A stretch of DNA of 64,000 bases from Thermodesulfobium acidiphilum (lineage in GTDB: Bacteria; Thermodesulfobiota; Thermodesulfobiia; Thermodesulfobiales; Thermodesulfobiaceae). The stretch spans positions 1,352,916 through 1,416,915 of the forward strand of contig NZ_CP020921.1 in assembly GCF_003057965.1 (NCBI RefSeq). Reading direction: 5' to 3'. The translations under genes and the position numbers were made by a program. Shown here piece after piece: positions 1 to 9,411 of the stretch. The notes under the pieces are model-generated. The model searched no databases. It was not told where the DNA came from and saw only the letters and a program-made list of their open reading frames with translations. How positions within the stretch are numbered: position 1 is the stretch's first letter; each line of letters opens with the position of its first letter.

Positions 1-1
1 G

Positions 2-541
2 ACACTTTTGACATCAAAATCGTGTAGAAGTGGGACAGACAGAGTAGCCGAAGTCGCAAGAATGCTAACAGATTATGAAATCATAGTAAATATTCAAGGC
101 GATGAACCAATGGTAAACGAGGTAATAATTGATGCTCTTATAGAACCGTTCTCTGATAAAAAGGTAAATATGACTTCTCTTATGACCATTATTAAACCAG
201 AAGAGGAGTCTGATCCTGCAGTAGTAAAGGTAGTATGCAAAAAAAATATGGATGCTTTATACTTTTCCAGGCATTCCATTCCATTTGATAGAGATGGCAT
301 TGGAGTAACAAGATATAAACATTTAGGTTTCTACGCTTATAAAAGAGATTTTTTACTAATTATTTCCAATTTATCCCCCACTCCTCTAGAAAGGGCAGAA
401 TCGCTAGAACAACTCAGAGTCCTCGAAAACGGCTTTTCAATCCGTATGAATCTTATCCCTTTCAGTACAAAAAGTGTAGATACAATAGAGGATTTAATAG
501 AAGTTGAAAGGATATTGAAAGAAAAAATTGAGAAATTTTGA
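2..541 (+). CDS. kdsB: 3-deoxy-manno-octulosonate cytidylyltransferase (CMP-KDO synthetase), 5'-partial
   Basis: Motifs SGTDR, VNIQGDEP, ALYFSR, KHLGFYAY, LEQLR, SVDT; the frame is open to the window edge. Confidence 0.95.
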   Translation, partial: TLLTSKSCRSGTDRVAEVARMLTDYEIIVNIQGDEPMVNEVIIDALIEPFSDKKVNMTSLMTIIKPEEESDPAVVKVVCKKNMDALYFSRHSIPFDRDGIGVTRYKHLGFYAYKRDFLLIISNLSPTPLERAESLEQLRVLENGFSIRMNLIPFSTKSVDTIEDLIEVERILKEKIEKF

Positions 542-1556
542 TATAAAAAATATTAAGAAGATAGGTGTAATAGTAGGCAACCCTGGATTGGGTGATTTAT
601 TATTTTCTTTCCCTCTTTTTTCTAATTTAAGAAGAAATTTTCCTGAAGCAGAAATATATTTTATTGGAAACCTTAGAGAATATACGATGTCTTTAGTATT
701 AAGATCAAAAAATATTGACGACATAATTTATTATGAAGAGTACAAAATCCAGAAAATTCCAGGAGATTTACCTCATTTCTTCCTCAATTACAGAAAAGAA
801 AAATTTGATTTGATATTCGATCTCCAGAGGCATTTTTTAATAACAACATTAACTAAATTTTCTGGAGTAAAAATATTTCAAAGCTTTTCAATGAAACAAA
901 TTTTTTCAACCTACAAAGCTGATGATTCGCTAAGAAGAAAAGAACACAATGCTTTGCACCACTTGAGACTTTTAGAACCATTAGGAATAAATCCAGAACT
1001 AATTTGTGAATTAAACTTATTTGAAATTGACTTTAAAAAACCAAAAATATTTTTAAAAGAAAAAAATATTGACAAGTTCGTTGCTATAGTAGCTTCATCA
1101 GGATATAAATTGAAAAATTGGTCTCAAGAAAATTATGTTCAGATTATAAACTATCTATACAAAAATTTTGGTTACAAATCAATTTTAATTGGTTCTAAAG
1201 AAGATAAAAAAGTTTTGGAAGGAATTTCAAATTTTACAGAAAATGCAATTACAATGCCTGATGACTTCAAAATTGAAGAAACTGCTGCGCTCCTCAAGCT
1301 TTCCGCACTTACGGTGGGCAACGATTCTGGCCCCTTACATCTTGCATCTTTTCAAAACATCCCTGTAATAGGGCTTTATGGCTCAACAAATCCAAACCTT
1401 TGTGGTCCTCTAGGCAAAAATTCAGTAGTTTTACAAACTACTGTAAGTTGTGCACCCTGCTCCCTTTACTCTTGCCCTTACAATATGAAGTGCATTGATC
1501 TTATCAGTGTAGACGATGTAAGTATGTCAATTTCAAAAGTTTTAAAGCTAAAATAG
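528..1556 (+). CDS. glycosyltransferase family 9 (LPS heptosyltransferase-like)
   Basis: GLGDLL N-terminal motif, KNW, GNDSGPLHLA, GLYGST, C-terminal CAPC; overlaps kdsB. Confidence 0.9.
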   Translation: MRNFDIKNIKKIGVIVGNPGLGDLLFSFPLFSNLRRNFPEAEIYFIGNLREYTMSLVLRSKNIDDIIYYEEYKIQKIPGDLPHFFLNYRKEKFDLIFDLQRHFLITTLTKFSGVKIFQSFSMKQIFSTYKADDSLRRKEHNALHHLRLLEPLGINPELICELNLFEIDFKKPKIFLKEKNIDKFVAIVASSGYKLKNWSQENYVQIINYLYKNFGYKSILIGSKEDKKVLEGISNFTENAITMPDDFKIEETAALLKLSALTVGNDSGPLHLASFQNIPVIGLYGSTNPNLCGPLGKNSVVLQTTVSCAPCSLYSCPYNMKCIDLISVDDVSMSISKVLKLK

Positions 1557-1607
1557 TGTTAAGTGATATAATTTTCATTATGTTTTGATATTTTGAAAGG
1601 AGACGTC

Positions 1608-2768
1608 ATGGGCAAAAGGATTAAGTATGGCTTTATTTTGTTTTTGGTTTCAGTAATAGCGTTCTCGGCAGGCTTTACTCTGAAAAGCAATATGGCTTCA
1701 GGTAGTACCAATTGGGGAATGTTGCAGTATGTGTATAATCTTGTTGAAAATTATTATGTAGCACCTTCTACTCTAGATCCCACTAAACTGGTTGAGGGCG
1801 CAATTAGAGGTATGGTACAGGCGGTAGGCGATCCATACACAAGATATGTGGATCCAGAATCCTTTGCTCAGATGAAAGACCAGCTCGAAGGATCGTTTAG
1901 CGGCATAGGTATTGAAATGGGCGTTAAAGACAAAAGTATAGTAGTTATAGCCCCTATTGAAGGAACACCTGCATACAAAGCTGGCATAAAAGCAAACGAT
2001 AGAATAGTTTCGGTAGATGGAAAACCAATTGACGGAATGGACATAAATCAGGTAGTAAAGTTAATTCGTGGACCTGTAGGAACTCAGGTAAAAATAGGAA
2101 TAGAAAGAAAAGGGGAGCTTAAAGAATTTAATATTACAAGAGAAACCATAGAAATAAATAGCGTTACATTTAGACCTATTACCTATCAAATAGGATATTT
2201 GAGAATAAGCACGTTTAATGACAAGACATACGATGAATTCAAATCGTATCTGCCAGAGATAGAAAAGATGAAAGCATTGATTTTAGACCTTAGAAACGAT
2301 CCTGGTGGTACCGTAAAAACATGTCTGGATATCGCAGGATACTTTGTTGGAGATAACCCAGTTGTAATAACTGTGAACAGAAACGGTAATCAGACAAAAG
2401 TTTACTCTCCTTATAAGGATTCAAAATTAGATATCCCAGTAGTAGTTCTGGTAAATGAAGGATCAGCTAGCGCTGCAGAAATCTTATCTGGTGCTATGAA
2501 AGATTACGGATATACTCTGATAGGTGAAAAAACCTTCGGTAAGGGACTAATTCAATCTGTTATACCTTTATATGACAATAGTGCTCTTGTAATAACGACT
2601 GAAAAATATTTGACTCCTTTAGGACACGACATTAATAAAATAGGGATAGAACCTAATATAATTGTCCCAGATCCAAAAGATTGGCAAGATATGGGTAAAA
2701 ATCCTGAAAAGGATCCTCAATTAAACGAAGCTATAAAAATTCTTCGCGAAAAAGATGGTATTTATTAG
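1608..2768 (+). CDS. ctpA: S41 family carboxyl-terminal processing protease
   Basis: DPYTRY, GIGIE, PDZ region, LDLRNDPGG, SASAAEI, GKGLIQ; ATG 1608 follows AAGGAG. Confidence 0.93.
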   Translation: MGKRIKYGFILFLVSVIAFSAGFTLKSNMASGSTNWGMLQYVYNLVENYYVAPSTLDPTKLVEGAIRGMVQAVGDPYTRYVDPESFAQMKDQLEGSFSGIGIEMGVKDKSIVVIAPIEGTPAYKAGIKANDRIVSVDGKPIDGMDINQVVKLIRGPVGTQVKIGIERKGELKEFNITRETIEINSVTFRPITYQIGYLRISTFNDKTYDEFKSYLPEIEKMKALILDLRNDPGGTVKTCLDIAGYFVGDNPVVITVNRNGNQTKVYSPYKDSKLDIPVVVLVNEGSASAAEILSGAMKDYGYTLIGEKTFGKGLIQSVIPLYDNSALVITTEKYLTPLGHDINKIGIEPNIIVPDPKDWQDMGKNPEKDPQLNEAIKILREKDGIY

Positions 2769-2782
2769 TTACTACTTATTTA

Positions 2783-2820
2783 TAATAAAAAGGGGCGCTT
2801 ATAAGCGCCCCTTTTTATTA
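2783..2820. terminator. bidirectional terminator; perfect 38-bp palindrome
   Basis: TAATAAAAAGGGGCGCTTATAAGCGCCCCTTTTTATTA between convergent genes, with T-tracts on both strands. Confidence 0.85.
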
Positions 2821-2829
2821 ACTCTAAAA

Positions 2830-3237
2830 TTAATCTTCTTCTTGTTCCCCCTCAAAAAGATCTTTGTCCGAAATAGTATCCATTTGCCACTGAACTTCTT
2901 TATCTTCTGTATCCAAGGGGTAAATTCTTATAGAAAAATCTGGAGTGAACAATTCAAAATAAGACGTATTAGTATTTGGATCTGTGTGTATCTGTAAATA
3001 TTCAAAGCTATTTACGTTTAAGTATATGCGACCATTCATAAGTATGCTTGAATTAGTAGTATTATTATAAACTCTAAAAACTCTTCCTTCACCAGTCTTT
3101 TTTAGACCACTGGAATCATATTGTTCGTATTTAACAAATAAAAGATCAGACAAAATTCTTAACATATCCTTTTTTTGATATATGATACCATCATTTACAA
3201 AACAAGCAACCAAACCACTCTCAACTCGTTTTTGCAC
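2830..3237 (-). CDS. conserved hypothetical protein
   Basis: 135-aa ORF, GAGGTG RBS before GTG start, acidic C-terminus. Confidence 0.8.
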   Translation of the reverse strand: MQKRVESGLVACFVNDGIIYQKKDMLRILSDLLFVKYEQYDSSGLKKTGEGRVFRVYNNTTNSSILMNGRIYLNVNSFEYLQIHTDPNTNTSYFELFTPDFSIRIYPLDTEDKEVQWQMDTISDKDLFEGEQEED

Positions 3238-3344
3238 TTTTCACCTCATAAATTTAAATTATCATATATAATATTCTATCATTTTTATATGTGTTTAGTT
3301 AAGCGTACAAAATTACAGATATTTAAAATTATATAACTTTTTAT

Positions 3345-3803
3345 TTATTTTTTCGATTTTAAAAAATCTATGATCTCATTAATGTCAGGTACTTCTTTTA
3401 TAGGATATATTTTTTTAAATATTATTTTGTGAGATTCATCAAGAAGTATGTTTACCCTACCAGAAAAACCAAAATCCCCTAGAAAAACACCATATTGCTG
3501 CGCTAAACCACCATGTGGCCAGAAATCAGCCAACAAAGAAGTATTCTTTACGCCAATTATATCTGCCCATGCCTTTTTGCAATAAACTGAATCAATACTG
3601 ATTCCTAAACAAACTGTATTCAGAGACTTAAAGGTATCAAAGTTTGCCTCAAGCGACTTCATTTGTTCTTCACACACAGGAGTAAATGCAAGAGGATGAA
3701 AAGACAAAAGAACATTTTTACCTCTTAAAGATTCAAGAGATACTACACTGTCATTTTGATCCTTTAAAGAAAAATTTATTGCCTGTGAACCTATAGGTAA
3801 CAT
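3345..3803 (-). CDS. peroxiredoxin, AhpE-like
   Basis: FHPLAFTPVC peroxidatic motif and LLADFWPHG signature. Confidence 0.88.
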   Translation of the reverse strand: MLPIGSQAINFSLKDQNDSVVSLESLRGKNVLLSFHPLAFTPVCEEQMKSLEANFDTFKSLNTVCLGISIDSVYCKKAWADIIGVKNTSLLADFWPHGGLAQQYGVFLGDFGFSGRVNILLDESHKIIFKKIYPIKEVPDINEIIDFLKSKK

Positions 3804-3839
3804 TTTTTACCTCCACAATTGAATTTTTATTAAAACTAC

Positions 3840-5039
3840 CTATACTGCTCTAAAACTTCTTCTAAAATATATAAAGCTTGCTACTGAAAAAATTTGCGCA
3901 GTAACTGAGAAAGCCACCAGATATACTGGCGATATACCATACAAAATTCCACAGACAAAGCTCCCAACAAACCAAAATATTCCCAGCAATGCATTAAATA
4001 TGCCAAAGGCACTACCTCTTTTACTAGCAGGTACTATGTTTGCTACTGCGGCTCTGACAATAGATTCAAGTGCTCCCAAACCAATACCCCAGCAAATCAT
4101 TCCAGCTACTATAGGGTAAACTGATCTTGACAAAAATATAAGAGGATTTGCAAAAACTGATATAACAATTGCAAATAGAAGCGCAATAAATCCATTTTTA
4201 TCAAAAAGCTTACCAAACACAAGTGCGCTTACTCCATCTACTCCCATCGTAAAGGCATAGAGTAAGGGTATTATAGGTTGTGATATTATCTTTGCCCTTT
4301 CAAGGTGAAATGCTATCAAAACAAAATCCAAAAACCCAACGGCAAAACCTAATACACAAAAACAATATATCCAAAAAAGTTTTGGCAGTCCTTTTGAATC
4401 AATCTCTATTAAATTTACCTCCAATTTAGATGGAACAGGATATAAAAACCATGATAAAAATAATATCCCTATTGCACACAATGCCGGTATAAAAAGAAAA
4501 AAGAACGCATATCTAAAATTATTTTCTCCTAAAAAAAACAAAACTATAGCTACAAAAATGGGGCCACTAACAGCACCCAATTGATCGAGGAATTCATGAA
4601 TTCCAAATCCCCAACCTCTTCCAACAGATTTTGTAGCGAATGACAACATTGCATCTTTAGGTGGTACTCTAATACCCTTTCCAATCCTTTCCGTTATCAT
4701 TGGAAATATTGCCCACTGCCAAAGGGGTAAAAGAGCTATTAATGGAACCGACAAAAGGTTTATGAAGTATCCAAAAATAGTTAGTAACCAATACTTGTGG
4801 GTTCTATCAACAAGTCTGCCTGAAAAAAATCTAATAGCATATCCCATAAGCTCGCCCAGCCCACCTATAAACCCTACAATAGCTGCGCTAGCACCTAAAA
4901 TTTCCAGATATTGACCTGAAATGGACCTTGCACCTTCGTATGTCATATCTGCAAATAGGCTTACCATTCCTATAAGAACTATAAAAACAATCGACTTTCT
5001 CCTGAGGTCGTCCAAAAAAGGCACCTCCTTAAAAACCAA
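3840..5039 (-). CDS. MFS transporter
   Basis: About 12 hydrophobic segments; DMTYEGARS and ERIGKGIRVP..DA motifs; exact start uncertain. Confidence 0.88.
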   Translation of the reverse strand: MVFKEVPFLDDLRRKSIVFIVLIGMVSLFADMTYEGARSISGQYLEILGASAAIVGFIGGLGELMGYAIRFFSGRLVDRTHKYWLLTIFGYFINLLSVPLIALLPLWQWAIFPMITERIGKGIRVPPKDAMLSFATKSVGRGWGFGIHEFLDQLGAVSGPIFVAIVLFFLGENNFRYAFFFLFIPALCAIGILFLSWFLYPVPSKLEVNLIEIDSKGLPKLFWIYCFCVLGFAVGFLDFVLIAFHLERAKIISQPIIPLLYAFTMGVDGVSALVFGKLFDKNGFIALLFAIVISVFANPLIFLSRSVYPIVAGMICWGIGLGALESIVRAAVANIVPASKRGSAFGIFNALLGIFWFVGSFVCGILYGISPVYLVAFSVTAQIFSVASFIYFRRSFRAV

Positions 5040-5056
5040 TCTTAATAGAAAATATT

Positions 5057-6016
5057 TTAGAAAGAATCTACTGTATTTAACACGCTTCCATAAAGAGACG
5101 AATCGTCGCCAAGGGAGCTTTTTACTATCTTTATCTTATTTATTGGAGCCATTTTTACATGAGTCGCTGCAAAATTTCTAATTTCTTCAATGATATAGTC
5201 TTGATTTGTAAGGCCTCCGCCCAAAACTACGCATTCAGGGGAGAGCACTGTGATGACGTTACTGATTCCAATGCCCATATATGTAATAGCTTTATTTAGG
5301 ATTTTCCAGGAAATGTCGTCGCCCTGGCTAGACGCCAAGAAAACATCACTTGCATTTATTGTTCCATTTTTCTTATAAATTTCATAAAGAATACCAGATT
5401 TTCTAACTAAAGCTTTCGAAATAGCATCTCTTGAAATAGCATAGCCTGAAGAAACTGCCTCCAGGCAACCTTTACTCCCACATCTACATTTTGGACCATT
5501 TGGTAGAACTATCTGGTGTCCAAATTCTCCTGCACTATCCATAAATCCTCTGTAAATCTTGCCATTTATAATAATTCCTCCGCCTATTCCAGTAGACAGA
5601 GTAAAGTAAACCATATTCTTATATCCTTTGCCAGAACCAATTTTGTATTCTGCAAATGCCGCAGCATTTGCATCGTTTTCAAGACTTACATAAGTATCAA
5701 ATTTATTTTTAAAAAATTCGCTAACTCTTACCTCACCCCAACCAGGTAGATTAGGCGGGTTTTTTACTATGCCCAGTTTTGTGTCGCATGGACCAGGAGC
5801 TGATATGCCAATTGCAAATTCTGAATTTGGTTTTTTTAAACCTAAGATTTTCTTCGCAATCTCTTCTAATAAAAACTCAGGACTTTTTTTATAACGAATA
5901 GTTTCTATAACTTCCTTTTCTTCTAATTTACAATCTTTCGAAAAGCGCCCCACCCTTGTTCTTGTGCCGCCAATATCAATGCCTATATAATAGTCAAATT
6001 GTGCTATATCTGCCAT
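5057..6016 (-). CDS. ROK family sugar kinase (glucokinase-like)
   Basis: GIDIGGT, ENDANAAA, GEFGH, CRCGSKGCLE; start set at ATG 6016. Confidence 0.9.
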   Translation of the reverse strand: MADIAQFDYYIGIDIGGTRTRVGRFSKDCKLEEKEVIETIRYKKSPEFLLEEIAKKILGLKKPNSEFAIGISAPGPCDTKLGIVKNPPNLPGWGEVRVSEFFKNKFDTYVSLENDANAAAFAEYKIGSGKGYKNMVYFTLSTGIGGGIIINGKIYRGFMDSAGEFGHQIVLPNGPKCRCGSKGCLEAVSSGYAISRDAISKALVRKSGILYEIYKKNGTINASDVFLASSQGDDISWKILNKAITYMGIGISNVITVLSPECVVLGGGLTNQDYIIEEIRNFAATHVKMAPINKIKIVKSSLGDDSSLYGSVLNTVDSF

Positions 6017-6022
6017 AGCAGT

Positions 6023-6051
6023 ATTGTATATCATTTTTATTGTTTTGTAAA
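6023..6051 (-). promoter_or_regulatory. sigma70-like promoter, probably leaderless, for the ROK operon
   Basis: TTTACA-N17-TACAAT-N6-ATG with no SD. Confidence 0.5.
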
Positions 6052-6146
6052 AATTAAGTATATTAAAAAATAAATTGCAAGTATTACAAAACATATAGTA
6101 AATTAATATTTAAGACTAAAATTACCTTCAAAAGGGGTGACAGGTT

Positions 6147-6497
6147 ATGATAAATTTTTACAAATTTGGATATATAGAAATAGATGGCAAAGAATATACA
6201 AAAGATTTAATATTTACCAAGGATGAAATACTCGTTTATCCGTGGTGGAGGAAAGAAGGACATATTTTTTCTCTTGGTGACATTGAAAGCATATTAAAAA
6301 AAATTGAAAATGTTACACATATAATATGTGGGACAGGCGCATACGGTATAGTAAGGGTTGAAGATAACTTTATCAAATATTTTAAAGAAGCTAAAAAAGA
6401 GATTTTGATATATGATACGAAAAAAGCCGCCGATATTTTTAATAGTCTTGTAAGTAATGGGATGGCGCCTCTAGCACTCTTTCACCTTACGTGCTAA
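6147..6497 (+). CDS. Mth938/DUF498-like protein
   Basis: FG.IEIDGKEY..D, WWRKEGH, GTGAYG, C-terminal HLTC. Confidence 0.88.
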   Translation: MINFYKFGYIEIDGKEYTKDLIFTKDEILVYPWWRKEGHIFSLGDIESILKKIENVTHIICGTGAYGIVRVEDNFIKYFKEAKKEILIYDTKKAADIFNSLVSNGMAPLALFHLTC

Positions 6498-6502
6498 ATA
6501 AA

Positions 6503-6531
6503 TTGATTATTTGAATTTTTTGGTATATCAT
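6503..6531 (+). promoter_or_regulatory. sigma70-like promoter of pilin cassette 1
   Basis: TTGATT-N17-TATCAT upstream of the 6567 start. Confidence 0.45.
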
Positions 6532-6566
6532 TAATATAAATAAGCCAGAAATTAAGGGAGAAAATA

Positions 6567-6935
6567 GTGAATAAAAGAGGAGTAACTCTAATAGAGCTCT
6601 TAATAGCTTCTTTTTTTTTGCTCTTTGCTCTCATTGTTCTTGCGTGGGGCCTGTCGTCATCTCTAAAGGCATCTACAAACAACTATATCTTAAACCAGGC
6701 TAATATACTTGCTGATTCCCAGATGGAAAGTTTGAGAGCCCTTAGTTTAGGCAGCTCTGTAAATATCCAAAATTCTAATTATTGCGTTAACAATAGCAGT
6801 ATATGCTTTAAATTGAGCGCTGTGCGCTCAAAGGATCCAAACTCTAATTGTGACTTACTAAGCGTCACAGTCAGCGATACAGCGACTCCTGCGAGATTTC
6901 AAAATATCAATTTACAGTCTGAGGCATGCCAATGA
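6567..6935 (+). CDS. type IV minor pilin, PilV-like (cassette 1)
   Basis: Class III signal KRG|VTLIELLIA with Glu5; QA..LA...ME.LRA helix; C-terminal cysteines. Confidence 0.85.
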   Translation: MNKRGVTLIELLIASFFLLFALIVLAWGLSSSLKASTNNYILNQANILADSQMESLRALSLGSSVNIQNSNYCVNNSSICFKLSAVRSKDPNSNCDLLSVTVSDTATPARFQNINLQSEACQ

Positions 6936-7525
6936 ATAACAAGAGAGGTTTTACTCTTACCGAACTCTTGGTGGTTATAGTAATAGCATCAATGATCGCT
7001 ATTGCTGTAATATATGTTCTTTCAAGCGGCGGCAAATCATTCGTTAAAAATCAGGAGATAGATAACATATCTATCAGTGTCCCAAATATTCTTTATAGCA
7101 TGTCAAGGGAGATTAGAGAGGCTGGGTATATAAATCTTCAGATAAGCCCTGGCACTACCGTAAATGCAAACATAGTCTGTGTTCAGGGCAGCTCTGGTTA
7201 TATATCGTTTAACCTGGATGTTCCTACTTCGCAAAATCCCGATGGGACTGGCGCATATAGTGTAGTGAAATATCAATTGCAAAATGGAAACCTGTCAAGA
7301 TGTGTGAATAACACAACCTGTTCAGTTCTCAATCCTCCAAATGTGGTCTTTACGGCATTCTCTCCTGTATTGGGTTCGGTAAATTCAAGCGCTAATTTTG
7401 TCCCAAATCAGGTGGATCCCTTTGGGAACTATAACGTGGTCCAGATTGTTATAACTGCAAGATTAAAATCGAGCAATAATTCTTATACCTTTACAAAGGA
7501 GGTGAAATTAAGAAATGTTCAGTAA
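6926..7525 (+). CDS. type IV minor pilin, PilW/PulJ-like (cassette 1)
   Basis: KRG|FTLTELLVV; REIREAG motif; C-terminal EVKLRN (start may be 6932). Confidence 0.88.
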   Translation: MPMNNKRGFTLTELLVVIVIASMIAIAVIYVLSSGGKSFVKNQEIDNISISVPNILYSMSREIREAGYINLQISPGTTVNANIVCVQGSSGYISFNLDVPTSQNPDGTGAYSVVKYQLQNGNLSRCVNNTTCSVLNPPNVVFTAFSPVLGSVNSSANFVPNQVDPFGNYNVVQIVITARLKSSNNSYTFTKEVKLRNVQ

Positions 7526-8879
7526 AAAAATTCTTGACAAGAGCGGATTCGCTTTGCCAATTGCTATTGGTGCTTTAATATTTTTTGTAATAGTAATTGG
7601 AGTATGGGCAGTTTTGAATCTATCATTATTTAAAACTTCCTCTGCCCAAACAGGTTCTGTTCAAGCTTTGGCTGCGTGTGAAGAGGGAATATCTTATGCG
7701 ACGGCGAAAAATTTGCCTTATGGCAGCTCACAGTATACTTCGCAAGAAGGGCTAAACGTAAATATTGTGGTAAAACAGCCAGCTACAATTTCAGGTTATA
7801 TTACGAAAATTATAACTGCTTCAGTAGACACACCGCAAAAGAGATCTGTAACGGTTTATCTTGGAAATGTAATTCCTGGGGCAGTCATAGCAAATGGTGA
7901 CATAAATATGAACAGTAACTCTGCTATTACCACAAATAACCCAAATATACCAGGCGCTCTGCTCAGCGGGGCTTTATCGAAAGATTCGAACTCATCTGTT
8001 ATAGGTCCCCCTCAGCATCTTTCTGATTTTACGCCTTACAAAAACGCTATTCATCAAGTAGTTAGCAGCATGACGCCAAGCATTCCTGCTAAGCCCACAG
8101 ACTATACTATGCTTTCAAATCCGACTTGCGGTCAAACATTGACTGGAAATTATATCTTGACGGATGGCAGCCTTAACAATAACTGCAACCTAACTATAAA
8201 TGGTAATCTCGTTATAAACTCTTCAAATTTTTTAATCAATACAAATAGTTCTCTTACTGTAAATGGAAACATGTGGTCAAATACAGTCAAACTAAATTCA
8301 AATGCCAACTTAACAGTTAACAAAAGCTTATACGCAAATGGTAGCGTAACAGATAATTCTAATTCACAGATCAACATAGGTGGCAATATTATTTTGACAG
8401 GTAGCAATTCAAATCTCATCTTAAACAGCAATTCTGATACAATTTCAGGAAACATCATCACAATTGGAAACTATACCTCAGTAATATTTGACAGTAATTC
8501 TACAGTTGGCGGTAATATAATAATTTATGATGGAAATTTAACTTTCAACTCTAACGTACAGGGTTTAACTAACAGTTTAATTTATGTTGGTGATAGTTCT
8601 GGTTCTTCTTCCTCAGGGAATCTGACTATTAACAGTAACAATACTATAAATGGACTTGTATACGCCTCAGGCTCTGCCCAAATAGGAGAAACAACTGTCC
8701 AGATGAATTCTAATTCTAATATAAACGGTGCCTTGCTGGTAGAGAGCGGAAACTTACAAGTAAATGCTGGCAGTGAAATAGTGTATAATCCTGCTAATTT
8801 CAGTAATATAACCAATCTTTTGTCAAGCTATTTAAGCTCACCTATTATTACTGGTTCATGGCATGAACCTCTTATATAA
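7515..8879 (+). CDS. PilX-like pilin fused to an Asn-rich beta-solenoid domain (putative pilus tip protein, cassette 1)
   Basis: KSG|FALPIAI lacks Glu5; QAL.ACEEGI; about 9 (I/L/F)NSNS-type repeats; terminal SWHE. Confidence 0.8.
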   Translation: MFSKKILDKSGFALPIAIGALIFFVIVIGVWAVLNLSLFKTSSAQTGSVQALAACEEGISYATAKNLPYGSSQYTSQEGLNVNIVVKQPATISGYITKIITASVDTPQKRSVTVYLGNVIPGAVIANGDINMNSNSAITTNNPNIPGALLSGALSKDSNSSVIGPPQHLSDFTPYKNAIHQVVSSMTPSIPAKPTDYTMLSNPTCGQTLTGNYILTDGSLNNNCNLTINGNLVINSSNFLINTNSSLTVNGNMWSNTVKLNSNANLTVNKSLYANGSVTDNSNSQINIGGNIILTGSNSNLILNSNSDTISGNIITIGNYTSVIFDSNSTVGGNIIIYDGNLTFNSNVQGLTNSLIYVGDSSGSSSSGNLTINSNNTINGLVYASGSAQIGETTVQMNSNSNINGALLVESGNLQVNAGSEIVYNPANFSNITNLLSSYLSSPIITGSWHEPLI

Positions 8880-8955
8880 CATTAAGCTTCTTTTTTGTAT
8901 TATAATCTATAGTTATGTGTAGTTATGACTACAGGCAACCTTTAAGGGGTTTGTA

Positions 8956-9411
8956 ATGCTTCGCGCTATAAGAAAGAATAAAAGGGGTTTTACTCTAATA
9001 GAGCTGATGGTGGCGGCTGTTCTTCTCACCTTTGGCCTTATGACACTTGCTATGTCTTTGTTTGGATCTATAAGAGCTCAAGAGGCAGCGGCTCAGCAAA
9101 CAAATGCTCAAGGGTTGGTAAACCAAAGGTTAGCTCAGCTATCAGCTATGGCAAATCTTCAAAATAGCTCCGATGTGGCCGTTGGTTGGAATGCCCTCCT
9201 CGCTCAAAATGGAGTGACAGAAATAGTAAAGATAAATCATTCCCTTAATGGAAAAAGAACCACTACTGTTTCGGATAATAATCCTGGCACACAGTATGAA
9301 TATGCTGCTGTAATTGTTAGCGTTAGCTGGAATTGCGGCAAACCTGGAGGGGCGCTTTGCCAGGTAGAAGGATTTGAACGTATAGACAAGCCTCAGGGAG
9401 TCTTACCATGA
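8956..9411 (+). CDS. type IV minor pilin, PilV-like (cassette 2)
   Basis: KRG|FTLIELMVA; V.VSVSW motif. Confidence 0.87.
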   Translation: MLRAIRKNKRGFTLIELMVAAVLLTFGLMTLAMSLFGSIRAQEAAAQQTNAQGLVNQRLAQLSAMANLQNSSDVAVGWNALLAQNGVTEIVKINHSLNGKRTTTVSDNNPGTQYEYAAVIVSVSWNCGKPGGALCQVEGFERIDKPQGVLP

